This document shows, one piece after another, positions 1 to 9,157 of a stretch of 64,000 nt of DNA. The notes below the pieces were generated by a model, which was not told where the DNA came from, did no database searches, and saw only the letters and a program-made list of their open reading frames with translations. The translations under genes and the position numbers were made by a program. Numbering within the stretch: position 1 is the stretch's first letter; each line of letters starts with the position of its first letter. Origin of the DNA: an uncultured Chryseobacterium sp. (GTDB lineage: Bacteria > Bacteroidota > Bacteroidia > Flavobacteriales_F > PHOS-HE28); the NCBI GenBank assembly GCA_964394425.1, contig CAYMXP010000003.1, forward strand, positions 20,995 to 84,994. The letters run 5' to 3'.

Positions 1-1
1 T

Positions 2-667
2 CATGCCTTCATCCTGAGCTACGCCCGCAAGCTGAACGTGCCCGGCCTGCGCGTGGGCGGCGATGCCAAGATCATCTACCGACGCGTGGGCGACTTCGCC
101 ACCGCCTGGGGCTTCGGCCTGGATGCCGCCGCGCAGTATGACCTGGACCAATGGCGCTTCGCCGCCGTGGCGCGAGACGTCACCGGCACCTTCAACGCAT
201 GGAGCTACACCCTGGACCAGCACACCATCGAGGTGTTCCAGCAGACGGCCAACGAACTGCCGGAGAACGGCGTGGAGGTGACCCTCCCGCGACTGGTGCT
301 GGGCGCGGCACGCGAGTTCAGGTTCGGTCCCAAGTTCGGCCTGGTCGCCGAGGTGGATCTGGAGAACACCTTCGACAAGGCGCGCAACACGGTGATCAGC
401 ACCGACACCTGGAGCGCCGACCCGCGCGTGGGCATCGAACTGGGCTATGCCGGCGTGGTCTTCGTGCGCATGGGGGTGAACAACATGCAGTACGTGCCGC
501 ACATCGACGGCAGCGAGACCCTGGCCGTGCAGCCCAACCTGGGCCTGGGCCTGAAGATCAAGAACGTGGCGCTGGACTATGCGTTGAGCCGCATCGCGGC
601 CACCGACGACGTGTTCAACAACGTCTTCTCCCTGCGCTTCGACCTGTTCAAGAAAGCCGCTTCATGA
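2..667 (+). CDS. PorV-like outer-membrane beta-barrel protein, C-terminal 221 aa only (5' end lies outside the window)
   Basis: The frame is open from the window edge to TGA 665-667. It shows an alternating beta-strand pattern, and its C-terminus (QPNLGLGLKIKNVALDYALSRI...NNVFSLRFDLF) resembles that of the PorV encoded at 38708-40015. Its stop overlaps the next start (ATGA). Confidence 0.6.
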   Translation, partial: HAFILSYARKLNVPGLRVGGDAKIIYRRVGDFATAWGFGLDAAAQYDLDQWRFAAVARDVTGTFNAWSYTLDQHTIEVFQQTANELPENGVEVTLPRLVLGAAREFRFGPKFGLVAEVDLENTFDKARNTVISTDTWSADPRVGIELGYAGVVFVRMGVNNMQYVPHIDGSETLAVQPNLGLGLKIKNVALDYALSRIAATDDVFNNVFSLRFDLFKKAAS

Positions 668-3600
668 AGCGAACCCTGCCGCCGGTCCTCTTCCTGCTAT
701 GCACCCCCTGGGCCAGCGCCCAGCCCTACGGGAACGAATGGATCAACTTCGGACGGCAGTACTGGCGCTTCGAGATCAGGAACGAGGGCATCTTCCGCAT
801 CGACAGTGCGGCGCTGGCCGCCGCCGGCTTTCCCGTTGGGGCCGTGGATCCCCGCGAGATCCAGCTCTTCAACCGCCAGAAGCAGGTGCCCCTGTACGTG
901 GAAGGCGAGTATGACGGCGCGTTCAATTCCACCGACTTCCTGGAGTTCCATGCGAAGGGCAACGACGCCTGGCTCGACGTGGGAATGTGGGACGATCCGG
1001 CGCACGTGAACAACCCCTACCACAGCCAGATCAACGACAGCATCCGCTTCTTTCTCACCTGGGCCGCCGCGCCGCAGACCCTGCGCGTGAAGCCGTACGC
1101 CAACCCCGATATCGGCAGCTACTTCGCCCGCGACTGGTTCGTGTGCGAAACCCACGGCCAGATCACCACCGCCTACCAGCGCGGCCAGCGCAACGAGGAC
1201 GACGCCACCAACGCGTGGATGGTGGAGGGAGAGGGATGGTTCAACGCATCCAACCTGTGCATCTCCGGCACCTGCTCGCAGACGGTTGATCTGCTCACCT
1301 ACGCGCCCTATCCCTCGATCGCCATGTGCCCCACCACCCTGGTGCTCGCCGGTGCGAACGCATCCGGGGCCGGGATGGTGCAGGACCACCACGTGAGGAT
1401 CCGCGGGGGGGCGGGGATGTTCCTCTATGCGGATACCATGTTCAAGGGCTACCAGTTGATGAAGTTCAATTTCCCCTTCTACCCCTCGGAACTCACGCAG
1501 CCCTATACCACCTTCAGCATGGACATCCTCCATGACATGGACTCCCTGATGGTGGATTATCCCGACCGGCAGGCGTTCTCCTGGCTGCGGTTGCTCTACC
1601 GCCGGCAGCCCAACATGGTGGGGCAGACCGAGTTGCACGTGTACCTGCCCGATGATCCCGGTGAGCCCGACGCGCTGTTCGACTTCTACAACTTCCCGGG
1701 CACGCCCGTGATGTACGTGTTCAACGGCGACACCGTGCGCCGCGTGGTGCCCATCTCCGATGCCGGCCATTGGAAGGGCCTGCTCCCCGCCGATCCGATG
1801 GGCGACACCACGCACGCCTACGTGTACACCCAGGCGAACATCGATACGATCACCGCGATCGAACCGGTGACCGCCTCGGGCTATTTCACCGACTTCGCAA
1901 CGGTGAACGGCGACAGCGCGTTGTTGATCGTGTCCGACGAGCTGTTGATGAACGGCGCGCTGCAATACGCCAGCTACCGCGAGACCAGCCAGGCGAACCC
2001 CATGCCCACGGTGGTGGCCGATGTGGACGAGCTATACGACCAGTATGGCGGGGGCGTCGAACGCCATCCATTGAGCATCAGGCGCTGGTGCGACCAGATG
2101 CAGGACCAGAGCACCGCGGATCCGCGGGGTCTGTTCCTGATCGGCAAGAGCGTGCAGGCGCCACGCGTGGGCACCGTGCCGGGCCATCGCATCCTGGCCG
2201 ATTCGCTCGGGCGCAAGCTGCTGCACGTGCCCACCTTCGGCTACCCGCCCAGCGACGTGTGCTTCACCCTGGGCCTGCAGGGCGACGACCGCATGATGGA
2301 GATCCCCGTCGGGAGGCTGGCCGCGCGCGACGAACAGGATGTGCTGGCCTACCTGGACAAGGTGCAGGTGTACGAGGGCTACCCGTTGCCCGAGAAATGG
2401 ATGAAGAACATCCTGCACTTCCGCGGGGGCTTCGACCCATCGGAGTGGGCGATGTTCGGCGCCGCGCTCAACTCCTTCAAGGTGCTGGCCGAGGATACCA
2501 GCTTCGCGGGGCGGGTGACCACCTTCGTGAAGAACGACGCGGGGATCCTGGACATGGCCTCGGCCGATTCGGTCCGCGCGTTCATCGAGGAAGGCGTGAC
2601 GTTGATGACCTTCTTCGCCCACGCCAGCGGAAGCGGTTTCGACATCAACATCGACGACGTGAACAACTACGAGTGGAACGGTCACTACCCCGCGGTGATC
2701 GGCAACTCGTGCTATGCCGGCAACCTGCACCTCACGGGTGTCCCCACCCCCAGCGAGGATTTCGTGCTCACCCCCGAGAAGGGTGCCATCGCCTTCCTGG
2801 CCAATGTGGATATCGGCTTCGCCACACCGCTGCAGCAGTACACCAGGGAGTATTACCGGAGTTTCAGCCAGGTGAACTACGGCGGCAGCATCGGCTCCCA
2901 CATGAAGCACGCGGTGTTCCAGCAGTTGAACACCAACTCGGACGTGATGAGCCTGAGCAACTGCCAGACTTTCACCCTGCACGGCGATCCCTCGCTGGTG
3001 ATGAACTCCTGGGACAAGGCCGACTTCCTGATCGAGGACCAGGACCTCATCCTGATCCCCGGCAACGTGACCGCCGACATCGACAGCTTCCAGGTGGCGG
3101 CCCACGTGCGCAACATCGGCCGCGGCACCAACCAGCCGGTGGTGGTGAGCCTGACCCGCACCCTGTCGAACGGCACATCGCTTCCCCCGAAGCTCGCCGA
3201 GGCGCAACTGCACTATGAGGACACGGTGACCTTCACCGTGCCGGTGATGGCCACCGAGAACGGCCTCGGTCAGAACCATCTCGAGGTGCGGGTGGACCTG
3301 GACCCCGATGAGATCGTGGAGCACGTGGAGGTGAACAACAACATCGCGGGCAGGAACGTGCAGATCAGCTCGGGCGACATCCTGCCGGTGTGGCCCTACG
3401 AGTTCGCCATCATCCCCGATGCCGCGCCGGTGCTCAAGGCGAGCACGGTGGATCCGCTCGCCCCGCCGCATGCCTTCGTGTTCCAGATCGACACCACCGA
3501 CAGCTTCGACAGCCCGGTGATGCAAGGCACCGTGATCAATGCCCCCGGCGGCGTGGTCAGCTGGTCCCCGCCCGGCATCTTCAGCCTGAACGCCACGCAG

Positions 3601-5763
3601 GACAGCACGGTGTTCTTCTGGCGGTGTTCGCGTGACAGCAGCGGCGGTGCGGGCTATCAATGGAACGAAAGCTCCTTCCAGTACATCGAGGACCGCGAAG
3701 GCTGGGGACAGGCGCACATCTTCCAGCGGAAGAACAACGCCTTCAATTCGTTGGTCTACGACAAGCCCGACCGCCGCACCGAGTTCTACCAGGGCCAGCA
3801 CAACATCCGCGCTTACGTGAAAGGCAACAGCTCGGGCACCGACAACAACCTGAGCGAATGGTACATCGACCTGGACTGGCAGGATGGCAACAACGGGTGC
3901 GGCAGCCCGGCGGCCTTCATGGTGTGCGTGGTCGACCCGGTGACCTTCGATGCGTGGGGCACGCCTTACATCGGCGAGAATCCCACCCACGACTTCGGCC
4001 AGCAGAACGCGCCCTCCTGCAGACCGCGCGTGGAGAACTTCTTCGTCTTCCGGCAGAACGTGGCGGACCAGATGGATTCGATGGCCATCATGTTGCAGAA
4101 CGAGATCCCGGACGGGCACTATGTCATCGTCTACACATGGAAGGATCTGTTCTTCGACGTGCTGGCCACCAGCGATCCGGACAATTCCGCCATCAATGCC
4201 ATGCTCGCCCTGGGCGCTCCGAACCTGACGAGCGCACCGGACAGCGTGCCGTACATCTTCTTCGTGAGGAAGGGTTATCCAGCCACGGCACAGGACACCA
4301 TCGGCGAGAACGTCAACTCGTACATCAACCTGAGCGTTTGGGTGGATTCACAGGGGAACGTGGGTCAGGAAGCCGCACCCTACGCCGGTCCGGCGCTCGA
4401 CTGGTCCGGGCTTTACTGGAACGAGGTTCCGATGAACGCCAACGACAGCACGCGGATCCGCGTGACGGGAAGGAACAATGTGGGCGCGCAGATCCCACTG
4501 ATGGACCTGGAGAGCCCGATGGATTCGCTGCCCACCCTGGGCGTCCTGATCGATCCGGCCGAGTATCCCTGGTTGAAGCTCAGCGGATGGTTTTTCGACT
4601 ACAACGAGCTCGATCCGGTGCCCGCGCAGCTGGAGCGCTGGCAATTGCTCTATGCGCCGGCGCCGGAAGCCGCCCTTGATCCACCGTCCGGTTACCACGA
4701 GCTGCTCGACAGCCTTTATGAAGGCACCCCTGGCCGGCTGGCCATCGCCGTGCGCAACATCAGCCCGGCCGACATGGACAGCATGCTGGTGACCGCCTGG
4801 GTGACCGACCGGAACAACGTGACCAGGCGCATCCATTACCGATACAATGCGCCGCTTCCGGTGGGCGCCGTGCTGATGGACACCATCATCGTGGAGACCG
4901 AGGGTCTGGCCGGTCTGAACCTGATCCGCATCGAAGCCAATCCGATCGATACGCTCACCGGCCTGTACGACCAGCTCGAGCAATACCATTTCAACAACAT
5001 CGCCGAGCTGCGCTTCGATGTGCTCGACGACGACGAGAACCCCGTGCTCGACGTGACCTTCGATGGCATCCACATCCTGGACAACGACGTGGTGAGCGCC
5101 CGGCCGGAGATCCAGATCACCCTGGACGACGACAACGAGGTGCTGCTGCTGGACGAGATCGCCGACACCTCGCGGTTCAGCGTCTACCTCACCGATCCCG
5201 ACGGGCACATCGACCAGATCCGCTTCATCGAGAACGGCCTGGAGAACCTGCAATGGGTGCCCGCCGACGGGCCTGATAACATCTGCAAGATCTTTTTCCG
5301 TCCGGTGCTCGACCGGGATGGCGTGTACGTGCTGCGCGTGCAGGGCAAGGACCTGAGCAACAACGATTCGGGCGACGAGGACTACGAAGTGCGCTTCGAG
5401 GTGGTCAACCGGCCCACCATCACCAACGTGCTGAACTATCCCAACCCCTTCACCACCAGCACGCGCTTCGTGTTCACCCTCACGGGTACGGAGATCCCCA
5501 CGGCGATGAAGATCCAGATCTACACCGTCAGCGGGCGCGTGATCCGAACGATCGACCTCATGGAGCTTGGACCGATCCACGTGGGCCGCAACATCACGAC
5601 CTACGCCTGGGACGGCACCGACGACTTCGGCGACAAGCTGGCCCGCGGGGTCTACCTCTACAAGGTGTACGCCCAGCTGCATGGCCAGGACATCGAGCAC
5701 CGGGAGACCGCGGCCGACGGCCACTTCACCAAGGGCTTCGGGAAGATGTACCTCCTGCGTTGA
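664..5763 (+). CDS. C25/gingipain-like cysteine peptidase family protein, PorU-like T9SS sortase paralog (1699 aa)
   Basis: ATG 664 gives the signal peptide MKRTLPPVLFLLCTPWASAQP. The track start at 151 is an in-frame upstream artefact. Candidate catalytic motifs are FFAHASG (His codon 2620-2622) and IGNSCYAG (Cys codon 2710-2712). The last ~100 aa (VLNYPNPFTTSTRFVF...AWDGTDDFGDKLARGVYLY) are homologous to the C-terminus of PorU at 34734-38645. Confidence 0.7.
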   Translation: MKRTLPPVLFLLCTPWASAQPYGNEWINFGRQYWRFEIRNEGIFRIDSAALAAAGFPVGAVDPREIQLFNRQKQVPLYVEGEYDGAFNSTDFLEFHAKGNDAWLDVGMWDDPAHVNNPYHSQINDSIRFFLTWAAAPQTLRVKPYANPDIGSYFARDWFVCETHGQITTAYQRGQRNEDDATNAWMVEGEGWFNASNLCISGTCSQTVDLLTYAPYPSIAMCPTTLVLAGANASGAGMVQDHHVRIRGGAGMFLYADTMFKGYQLMKFNFPFYPSELTQPYTTFSMDILHDMDSLMVDYPDRQAFSWLRLLYRRQPNMVGQTELHVYLPDDPGEPDALFDFYNFPGTPVMYVFNGDTVRRVVPISDAGHWKGLLPADPMGDTTHAYVYTQANIDTITAIEPVTASGYFTDFATVNGDSALLIVSDELLMNGALQYASYRETSQANPMPTVVADVDELYDQYGGGVERHPLSIRRWCDQMQDQSTADPRGLFLIGKSVQAPRVGTVPGHRILADSLGRKLLHVPTFGYPPSDVCFTLGLQGDDRMMEIPVGRLAARDEQDVLAYLDKVQVYEGYPLPEKWMKNILHFRGGFDPSEWAMFGAALNSFKVLAEDTSFAGRVTTFVKNDAGILDMASADSVRAFIEEGVTLMTFFAHASGSGFDINIDDVNNYEWNGHYPAVIGNSCYAGNLHLTGVPTPSEDFVLTPEKGAIAFLANVDIGFATPLQQYTREYYRSFSQVNYGGSIGSHMKHAVFQQLNTNSDVMSLSNCQTFTLHGDPSLVMNSWDKADFLIEDQDLILIPGNVTADIDSFQVAAHVRNIGRGTNQPVVVSLTRTLSNGTSLPPKLAEAQLHYEDTVTFTVPVMATENGLGQNHLEVRVDLDPDEIVEHVEVNNNIAGRNVQISSGDILPVWPYEFAIIPDAAPVLKASTVDPLAPPHAFVFQIDTTDSFDSPVMQGTVINAPGGVVSWSPPGIFSLNATQDSTVFFWRCSRDSSGGAGYQWNESSFQYIEDREGWGQAHIFQRKNNAFNSLVYDKPDRRTEFYQGQHNIRAYVKGNSSGTDNNLSEWYIDLDWQDGNNGCGSPAAFMVCVVDPVTFDAWGTPYIGENPTHDFGQQNAPSCRPRVENFFVFRQNVADQMDSMAIMLQNEIPDGHYVIVYTWKDLFFDVLATSDPDNSAINAMLALGAPNLTSAPDSVPYIFFVRKGYPATAQDTIGENVNSYINLSVWVDSQGNVGQEAAPYAGPALDWSGLYWNEVPMNANDSTRIRVTGRNNVGAQIPLMDLESPMDSLPTLGVLIDPAEYPWLKLSGWFFDYNELDPVPAQLERWQLLYAPAPEAALDPPSGYHELLDSLYEGTPGRLAIAVRNISPADMDSMLVTAWVTDRNNVTRRIHYRYNAPLPVGAVLMDTIIVETEGLAGLNLIRIEANPIDTLTGLYDQLEQYHFNNIAELRFDVLDDDENPVLDVTFDGIHILDNDVVSARPEIQITLDDDNEVLLLDEIADTSRFSVYLTDPDGHIDQIRFIENGLENLQWVPADGPDNICKIFFRPVLDRDGVYVLRVQGKDLSNNDSGDEDYEVRFEVVNRPTITNVLNYPNPFTTSTRFVFTLTGTEIPTAMKIQIYTVSGRVIRTIDLMELGPIHVGRNITTYAWDGTDDFGDKLARGVYLYKVYAQLHGQDIEHRETAADGHFTKGFGKMYLLR

Positions 5764-5828
5764 AGCCTGGGCGGGATCCGCAGGCCTGGAGGAGCCCGTG
5801 AAATGATCAACTCCGACCTTCGCGGCGC

Positions 5829-7556
5829 ATGATCCGCGCCACGCGCCGCAACGTCCTGCTCCTTTCGCTTTCCAGCGGCATCCTCTGGACGCTGGCCTGG
5901 CCGGCGACCTACACCGGTTTCACCCTGCTGGCTTTCGTGGCCTTCGTTCCCATGCTTTGGGCCGAGCGGTTGCACGATGCACGCACGGCCGCGCGCCCGC
6001 GCGCGTTCGCGCCGTATGCCATGGCGGGCCTGCTGCTCTGGAACGCCGCCACCACCTGGTGGCTGGGTGCCGTGAGCGAGCCCTGGGGCACCCGGATCTT
6101 CACGGGAGCAGGCCCGACCATCGGCAACACGTTGCTCATGGCGCTTCCCTGGGTGTTGAAGCGTTCGGTGTGGCGTCGCCTTGGGGAAGGTGCTTCGCTC
6201 TGGGGTCTGTTGTTCTTCTGGCTGGCGTTCGAGCGGCTGCACATGGATTGGGACCTCACCTGGCCGTGGCTCACGCTGGGCAACGTGTTCGCCGAACATC
6301 CGGCCTGGGTGCAGTGGTATGAGATCACGGGCCAGTTGGGGGGATCGTTGTGGGTCCTCGCGGTGAACATCGCCGTGTTCCGTGTGCTGGTGGCCTGGCA
6401 CAGCGGATCGGCCTTCGTGCAACGGCTCGCGGTCTTGGCGGCCCTGTTCGTCCTGCCCTTGGTCGCCTCGCTGGTGCGATACGCGCGGTATGAGCCGGCC
6501 GGAGAACCCATGGAGGTGGTGATCGTTCAGCCGAACGTCGATCCATATCTGGAGAAGTTCGGCGGCATCGATCCCCTCGAACAGCTCGATGGCATGCTCC
6601 AACTGGCCGGGAGTGCCATGACCCCGTCCACTGAACTGGTGATCCTGCCCGAAACGGCCTTGCAGGAGAACGCCACGGTGGAACGCGCACCGGACGGTCG
6701 GTTGCTCCTTCACGGGCTGTGGGAGAACGATCTTGCCGCCTCACGGAGCGTCCGGCGCATCCTGGACTTCCTTCATGAACATCCGCGGTGCGCGGTGCTC
6801 AGCGGCATGTCCAGCGCGTACCTCTATGGCCCTGGGGAGCAACTCCCGGTGGCCGCACGGCCGCTCGGCAATTCGGATCGATGGTTCGAGGCATACAACG
6901 CCGCCGTGCTGGTGGACGGGCAGGGCACCGTTCAGCCCTACCACAAATCCAAGCTCGTGGCCTTCGTGGAACTGATGCCCTTCGAGCGATGGCTTGGCCC
7001 GCTGCTCGATGGCGCGTCCGTGGACCTTGGCGGCACCACCGGCAGCCTGGGCGCGCAGGAGGAGCGCGAAGTGATGGCCTCGGCCGATGGCCGCGTGAAG
7101 GCCGCGCCCATCATCTGCTACGAATCGGTGTTCGGTGAGCACGTCGCGCGGCATGTGAGGAACGGCGCCACCCTGCTGGCCATCATGACCAACGATGGCT
7201 GGTGGGACGATGCACCGGGCTATCGGCAACACCTGCAGTACGGCCGCCTGCGAGCCGTCGAAACACGCCGCGCCATCGCCCGTGCCACCAATACGGGTAT
7301 CAGCTGTTTCATGGATCAGCGTGGCGACATCCACCAGGCCGCACCCTGGTGGGAACCGGCGGTGATCCGTGGCATCGTGTTGCTGAACGACCGGCTCACC
7401 TTTTTCGTGCGCCACGGCGATCTCATCGGTCGGGCCGCGATCGTTGCGGGAGGCGCGCTATTGTTCTGGAGCTTCTTCGCGGGCTTCCGACGGGTACGGA
7501 CGGCAAAGCATGGAGGACCGGGCAGAACGGTCGCGTCCGGGACCACGACCTCTTAA
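5829..7556 (+). CDS. lnt: apolipoprotein N-acyltransferase
   Basis: ATG at 5829. A multi-TM N-terminal half is followed by a CN-hydrolase domain with Glu/Lys/Cys motifs (ILPETAL, YHKSKLVAFVE, APIICYESVF). Confidence 0.9.
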   Translation: MIRATRRNVLLLSLSSGILWTLAWPATYTGFTLLAFVAFVPMLWAERLHDARTAARPRAFAPYAMAGLLLWNAATTWWLGAVSEPWGTRIFTGAGPTIGNTLLMALPWVLKRSVWRRLGEGASLWGLLFFWLAFERLHMDWDLTWPWLTLGNVFAEHPAWVQWYEITGQLGGSLWVLAVNIAVFRVLVAWHSGSAFVQRLAVLAALFVLPLVASLVRYARYEPAGEPMEVVIVQPNVDPYLEKFGGIDPLEQLDGMLQLAGSAMTPSTELVILPETALQENATVERAPDGRLLLHGLWENDLAASRSVRRILDFLHEHPRCAVLSGMSSAYLYGPGEQLPVAARPLGNSDRWFEAYNAAVLVDGQGTVQPYHKSKLVAFVELMPFERWLGPLLDGASVDLGGTTGSLGAQEEREVMASADGRVKAAPIICYESVFGEHVARHVRNGATLLAIMTNDGWWDDAPGYRQHLQYGRLRAVETRRAIARATNTGISCFMDQRGDIHQAAPWWEPAVIRGIVLLNDRLTFFVRHGDLIGRAAIVAGGALLFWSFFAGFRRVRTAKHGGPGRTVASGTTTS

Positions 7557-7606
7557 AATGGCGAAGGGGCCCGTTCAGGCCCCTCCGGAAGGATCGTTCT
7601 TCTTGT

Positions 7607-8959
7607 TCAATTCAACACGATGCGCCGGCTCATCACCGTTTCGCTGTTGCTGAGCCGCACCACGTACACGCCGGTCGCCAGCAGTTCCTTTTCCACCGGA
7701 AGGTGGGTGATGCCCATGTTGATCGCCTTGTTGGGCTGCATCACGATCACCTTGCCCTGGGCGTCCATCACCGTCAGGTCCATCACGGCCTCGAAGCTGC
7801 TGCTCACCACCACGTTCAGGTCCGAGCCATCGTCCCATGCGTTCACGATCTCGATCCCGCCGCCCGCTTCGCAGCCGGCCGCCACCATGTCGCTCGCGGT
7901 GCTGCCGCCATCAAGATCGGTCTGCACCAGGCGGTAGTAGGCCATGCCGGTGGGCGTGGGATCCACGAAGGCGTAGGTGATCGTCTCGATGCTGGTGCCC
8001 GCGCCATCCACCTCACCGATCGAATACCAATCCACCGCGTTGCCGCTCTTCTCGATGGTGAAGAAATCGTTGTCGTGCTCGGTGGCCGTGGTCCAGGTGA
8101 TGAGCACCTGGTCGTTCTCGCATTGGGCCCGGAAGTCGGTGAGTTCGATAGGCAGGGGATTGTTCTTGTCGGACAGGGTCCATGACCGGAAGAACTGCGC
8201 ACTGGTGATAACGGGTGTTTGAACACTGTTCAATGCTCCGCCATCGGTCCATGTGCTCAGGGGAGTGGGGAACAACACATCACCCCACTTGTTCAATGTG
8301 CTGTTGAACCGTTGGGGGTCCAATGGGGTGTTCCCGCCGATGAAGTTGCCACCGGTCACTTCCACGTCCGGGTAGAGGAAAAGCATAGAGGCATCCGGGT
8401 TCGTAGTGTAATTGTAACCCGCTGCCTTGGTATCAATGATCCAGAAGCGATCCACCACGTGGCCGGATTCATCCGGGGTGGGTACCGGGGTGGGAAGCAT
8501 TCCAGTGACGTAGTTGTTCATGTGCGTCACATCACTGGGGCGATAGTCGAAATTCCTCCATTCGCTCCCTGGTGTGGCTGGCAGCCCGGGCGGTTGTGGG
8601 ATGCCATCATAGCGGTACGTGGAAAAGACGACCGAAGCCGTGGCGCCACCGGCACCGGCGGTGGTCTTGTTGTAAGTCAATGGGATCTTCGTTCCAGCCG
8701 GGGTGGTGAACGGGACGATGTAGCCTGGCGCCACCGTGGTCCCGATCTGCCACCGAACGCGATCGGCTTCCCCTTCGGACAGGATGTTCCCCCCGTTGCC
8801 CATGGTGGTGATGGCGTTGGTGGCCGGGTTCTCCACCACGACCCAGGCGCCGTTATCGATCACCATCCAGATGTTGTTGTTCATCACCAGGCGCGCCTGG
8901 CCGAAGCTCAGGGCGGTGAAGGCGGTGAAGAAAAAGGACGCGAGTAGGGTTTTCTTCAT
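7607..8959 (-). CDS. secreted protein of unknown function with T9SS C-terminal sorting domain (450 aa)
   Basis: The internal ATG at 8959 gives the signal peptide MKKTLLASFFFTAFTALSFGQA; the track start at 9049 is GTG and upstream. The C-terminus (...LATGVYVVRLSNSETVMSRRIVLN) is a type-A-like T9SS CTD. The central part is visibly less GC-rich than its neighbours. Confidence 0.8.
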   Translation of the reverse strand: MKKTLLASFFFTAFTALSFGQARLVMNNNIWMVIDNGAWVVVENPATNAITTMGNGGNILSEGEADRVRWQIGTTVAPGYIVPFTTPAGTKIPLTYNKTTAGAGGATASVVFSTYRYDGIPQPPGLPATPGSEWRNFDYRPSDVTHMNNYVTGMLPTPVPTPDESGHVVDRFWIIDTKAAGYNYTTNPDASMLFLYPDVEVTGGNFIGGNTPLDPQRFNSTLNKWGDVLFPTPLSTWTDGGALNSVQTPVITSAQFFRSWTLSDKNNPLPIELTDFRAQCENDQVLITWTTATEHDNDFFTIEKSGNAVDWYSIGEVDGAGTSIETITYAFVDPTPTGMAYYRLVQTDLDGGSTASDMVAAGCEAGGGIEIVNAWDDGSDLNVVVSSSFEAVMDLTVMDAQGKVIVMQPNKAINMGITHLPVEKELLATGVYVVRLSNSETVMSRRIVLN

Positions 8960-8967
8960 GGCGGGAT

Positions 8968-8975
8968 CAAATTTA
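8968..8975 (-). promoter_or_regulatory. candidate Bacteroidota -7 promoter box TAAATTTG for the cargo gene
   Basis: Exact TAnnTTTG match on the minus strand. It lies 9 nt upstream of ATG 8959, which implies a leaderless or near-leaderless mRNA. Confidence 0.35.
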
Positions 8976-9157
8976 ACCCGGGTGTCAAGGAAAGCAACCC
9001 CCTGGGCCGCAACTTCCCCGGTCGCTGGTGTTCCTATCGGCAGGGCCACGATCGGTGATCTGGATGGATGATCTTGGAGCCTTGATCGAAGCTAAGACGC
9101 CCCCCGGCGTGGGCGGTTGCCGGGCGGGGATAATTTGGCCGTCCTGTTGATAAGTCC

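Noticed and set aside
151-663. N-terminal 171-aa extension of the PorU-like ORF in the track (start at 151)
   Set aside because: It overlaps the PorV-like gene in another frame and has an Arg/Gly-rich artefact composition. ATG 664 gives a canonical signal peptide and an ATGA overlap with the upstream stop.
2032-4119. Very long ORFs antisense to, or out of frame with, real genes. Examples: 697-1965(-), 2032-4119(-), 16425-18440(-), 31711-33630(+), 36870-38405(-), 42157-43746(-), 48064-49887(-), 50654-52321(+).
   Set aside because: Their compositions are Arg/Gly/Ala/His/Pro-rich and they lack recognisable motifs. They lie opposite genes with clear family signatures. This is the expected stop-codon depletion of GC-rich DNA.
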